Assembly (NCBI RefSeq): GCF_964213995.1
Contig: NW_027590119.1
Location: 248,001 to 312,000 of the forward strand
Source of the DNA: Mustelus asterias
Lineage: Eukaryota
Length of the DNA stretch: 64,000 nt
Reading direction: 5' to 3'
The translations under genes were made by a program, and so were the position numbers. The notes below the pieces were generated by a model. The model was not told where the DNA came from and made no database searches. It saw only the letters and a program-made list of their open reading frames with translations. Within the stretch, counting starts at the first letter, position 1. Every line of letters starts with the position of its first letter. Shown here one piece after another: positions 62,010-64,000 of the stretch.

Positions 62010-62335
62010 TTCATAGATTCATAGAATCCTACAGTGCAGAAGGAGGCCATTTGGCCCATCGAGTCTGCACCGATCACAATCACACCCAGGCCCAATCCCC
62101 GATGTATTTACCCTAGCTAGTCCCCCTGACACTAAGGGGCAATTTAGCTTGGCCAATCCACCTAACCTGCATATCTTTGGACTTTGGGAGGAAACCGGGG
62201 CACCTGGAGGAAACTGGGACACGGGGAATATGTGCAAACTCCACACAGACAGTGACCCAAGCCAGCCAGGAATCGAACCCGGGTCCTTGGCGCTGTGAGG
62301 CAGCAGTGCTAACCACTGTGCCACCGTGCCACCCC
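62010..62335 (-). mobile_element. Young HE1/V-SINE-like element inserted after the segmental duplication
   Basis: Full tRNA-like head and tail; absent at paralogous sites ~10760 and ~45910. Confidence 0.88.
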
Positions 62336-63124
62336 AGTTTAATTCTAAGTCAGTCTGAGTAAATAATCTCACCAGCTCCTCTGTTGGTGCCCTGCTAAGC
62401 AGCTTTAATGGTCCCTGATAGCAGAAACTGAGCAGTCACAGGAATGTGGTTAAGATGGTCCAGTCACATAATGCTTCACATTCAATCTGCTGTCCTTTAA
62501 TTATAACAGGATATGTGGCTGTCTGTAGCTGCCTCGGCCATGGTCAACCCCAACACTGCCTTCTTGAACTGCTGCAATGCTTGAGATGTAAGTACACCCA
62601 CAGTGCTGTTAGGGAGAGATTTCCAGCTACACATTCCTGACAAGATTCTGACAGGTTTAGATCAGGTGGACAAAGAAAAGCTGTTCCCATTAGCTGATGG
62701 GACAAGGATGAGGGGTCACAGATTTAAACTTTTGAGTCAGAGATGCAGGGGGGGATGTGAGGAAGAATATTTTGATGCTGTGAATGGTAATGACCTGGAA
62801 CTTGCTGCCGACGAGGGTGGAGGAAGTGGAGACAATAAACAATTACAAAGGAAATTGGATGGACATTTGGGGGGTTTCAAACAGAAATGCTGACTAAATA
62901 TCTCTGAACCTCCTAACATCCTGTCACTCTGTGATCCTTGTGAAATTTGAAACCAGGTATTCGCAACAAGTCGCAGCCCACTGGAGGCAAAGTCATGAGA
63001 CCGACCAGTCCAGCAGAAAGAAACCCTCCGACCCTCCCCATTGACCAACTGTGAGAATGAACAAAATGCAGTCCTGGATGTAATTGAGAGCAGAAACAAT
63101 GACAGCAGAATCTAACCCCTGGAA

Positions 63125-63799
63125 TCACTCGTGAACTTGATGGTGTCTCAACAGTTGGGCTGAAACTCTGAATCCCTTCCCACACTGAGAGCAGGTGAAT
63201 GATTTCTCCCCAGTGTGAACTCGCTGGTGTGTCTGCAGGCTGGATAACTGAGTGAATCCCTTCCCACATTGAGAGCAGGTGAATGGTCTCTCCCCAGTCT
63301 GAACTCGCTGGTGTCTCTGCAGGTGGGATAACCAAGTGAATCCCTCCCCATACTGAGAGCAGGTGAACGGCCTCTTCCCAGTGTGAACTCGCTGGTGTGA
63401 CTGCAGGCTGGATGACTGAGTGAATCCCTTCCCACACTGAGAGCAGGTGAATGGCCTCTCCCCAGTGTGATCCCGCTTGTGTGCCCGCAGGTTGGATGAA
63501 CAAGCGAATCCCTTCCCACACTGAGAGCAGCTGAAGGGCCTCTCCCCAGTGTGAACTCGCTGGTGCCTCCGCAGGGTGAATAAATGACTGAATCCCTCCC
63601 CACACTGAGAACACGTGAACGGTCTCTCCCCAGTGTGAACTTGCTGGTGTCTCTGCAGGCTGGATGACTGAGTGAATCCCTCCCCACACTGAGAGCAGAT
63701 GAATGGTCTCTCCCCAGTGTGGCTGCGTCGATGAGCTTCCAGCTCTGATGGGTAACTGTATCTCTTCCCACAGTCCCCACATTTCCATGGTTTCTCCAT
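63125..63799 (-). CDS. Tandem C2H2 zinc-finger protein (8 fingers, one degenerate), open frame
   Basis: MEKPWKC start to HQVHE stop; finger 6 has CSQY/HQRVQ; upstream exon part runs off the window. Confidence 0.88.
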   Translation of the reverse strand: MEKPWKCGDCGKRYSYPSELEAHRRSHTGERPFICSQCGEGFTQSSSLQRHQQVHTGERPFTCSQCGEGFSHLFTLRRHQRVHTGERPFSCSQCGKGFACSSNLRAHKRDHTGERPFTCSQCGKGFTQSSSLQSHQRVHTGKRPFTCSQYGEGFTWLSHLQRHQRVQTGERPFTCSQCGKGFTQLSSLQTHQRVHTGEKSFTCSQCGKGFRVSAQLLRHHQVHE

Positions 63800-64000
63800 G
63801 GTGCGGGTGTCCTTGCCGCTCTCTTGGGTGGACAATCAGTTGAAGCCTCGAACACACTCACAACACGAGTACAGTCTCTCCCTGCTGTGAATGATGTGAT
63901 ATTTATTCAGGCTGTGTAACTGGTTGAAACTCTTTAGTCCGTGCGCTGGAAGACTCTCACTCGAGTGTGGCAGTGTGTTGGTACTTTTCCAGTCATACTG

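Overview
Vertebrate genomic DNA, most likely a shark or other elasmobranch. This is inferred from the CR1/HER1-type LINEs, HE1/V-SINE-like tRNA-derived SINEs and Penelope-like elements, not from a database search. The window is a repeat-dense cluster of seven KRAB-less tandem C2H2 zinc-finger (ZNF) genes/pseudogenes built by segmental duplication: roughly 1-12.9 kb resembles 48.5-64 kb, with an inverted copy at 43.5-46.1 kb. Embedded in it are (i) an isolated TCR alpha/delta-type V pseudogene with an intact 23-RSS, split from its leader by a CR1 insertion; (ii) EMC4 exons 1-3 with no later exons seen, whose exon-3 +1 frameshift is phase-compatible with the next ZNF exon; (iii) a tRNA-Val(AAC) gene with a decayed tandem tRNA-Val(CAC) copy; (iv) two near full-length, divergent CR1 LINEs that share a 5' UTR and both carry a U_UUA_AAC slippery heptamer at the ORF1 stop, with an AUG-less ORF2 in the -1 frame (candidate programmed -1 frameshift); (v) Penelope-like elements with minimal hammerhead ribozyme motifs and derived hairpin elements; and (vi) two minisatellites in a duplicated CpG-island promoter. 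No CRISPR or prokaryotic features were seen. Coordinates of old repeat fragments are approximate.
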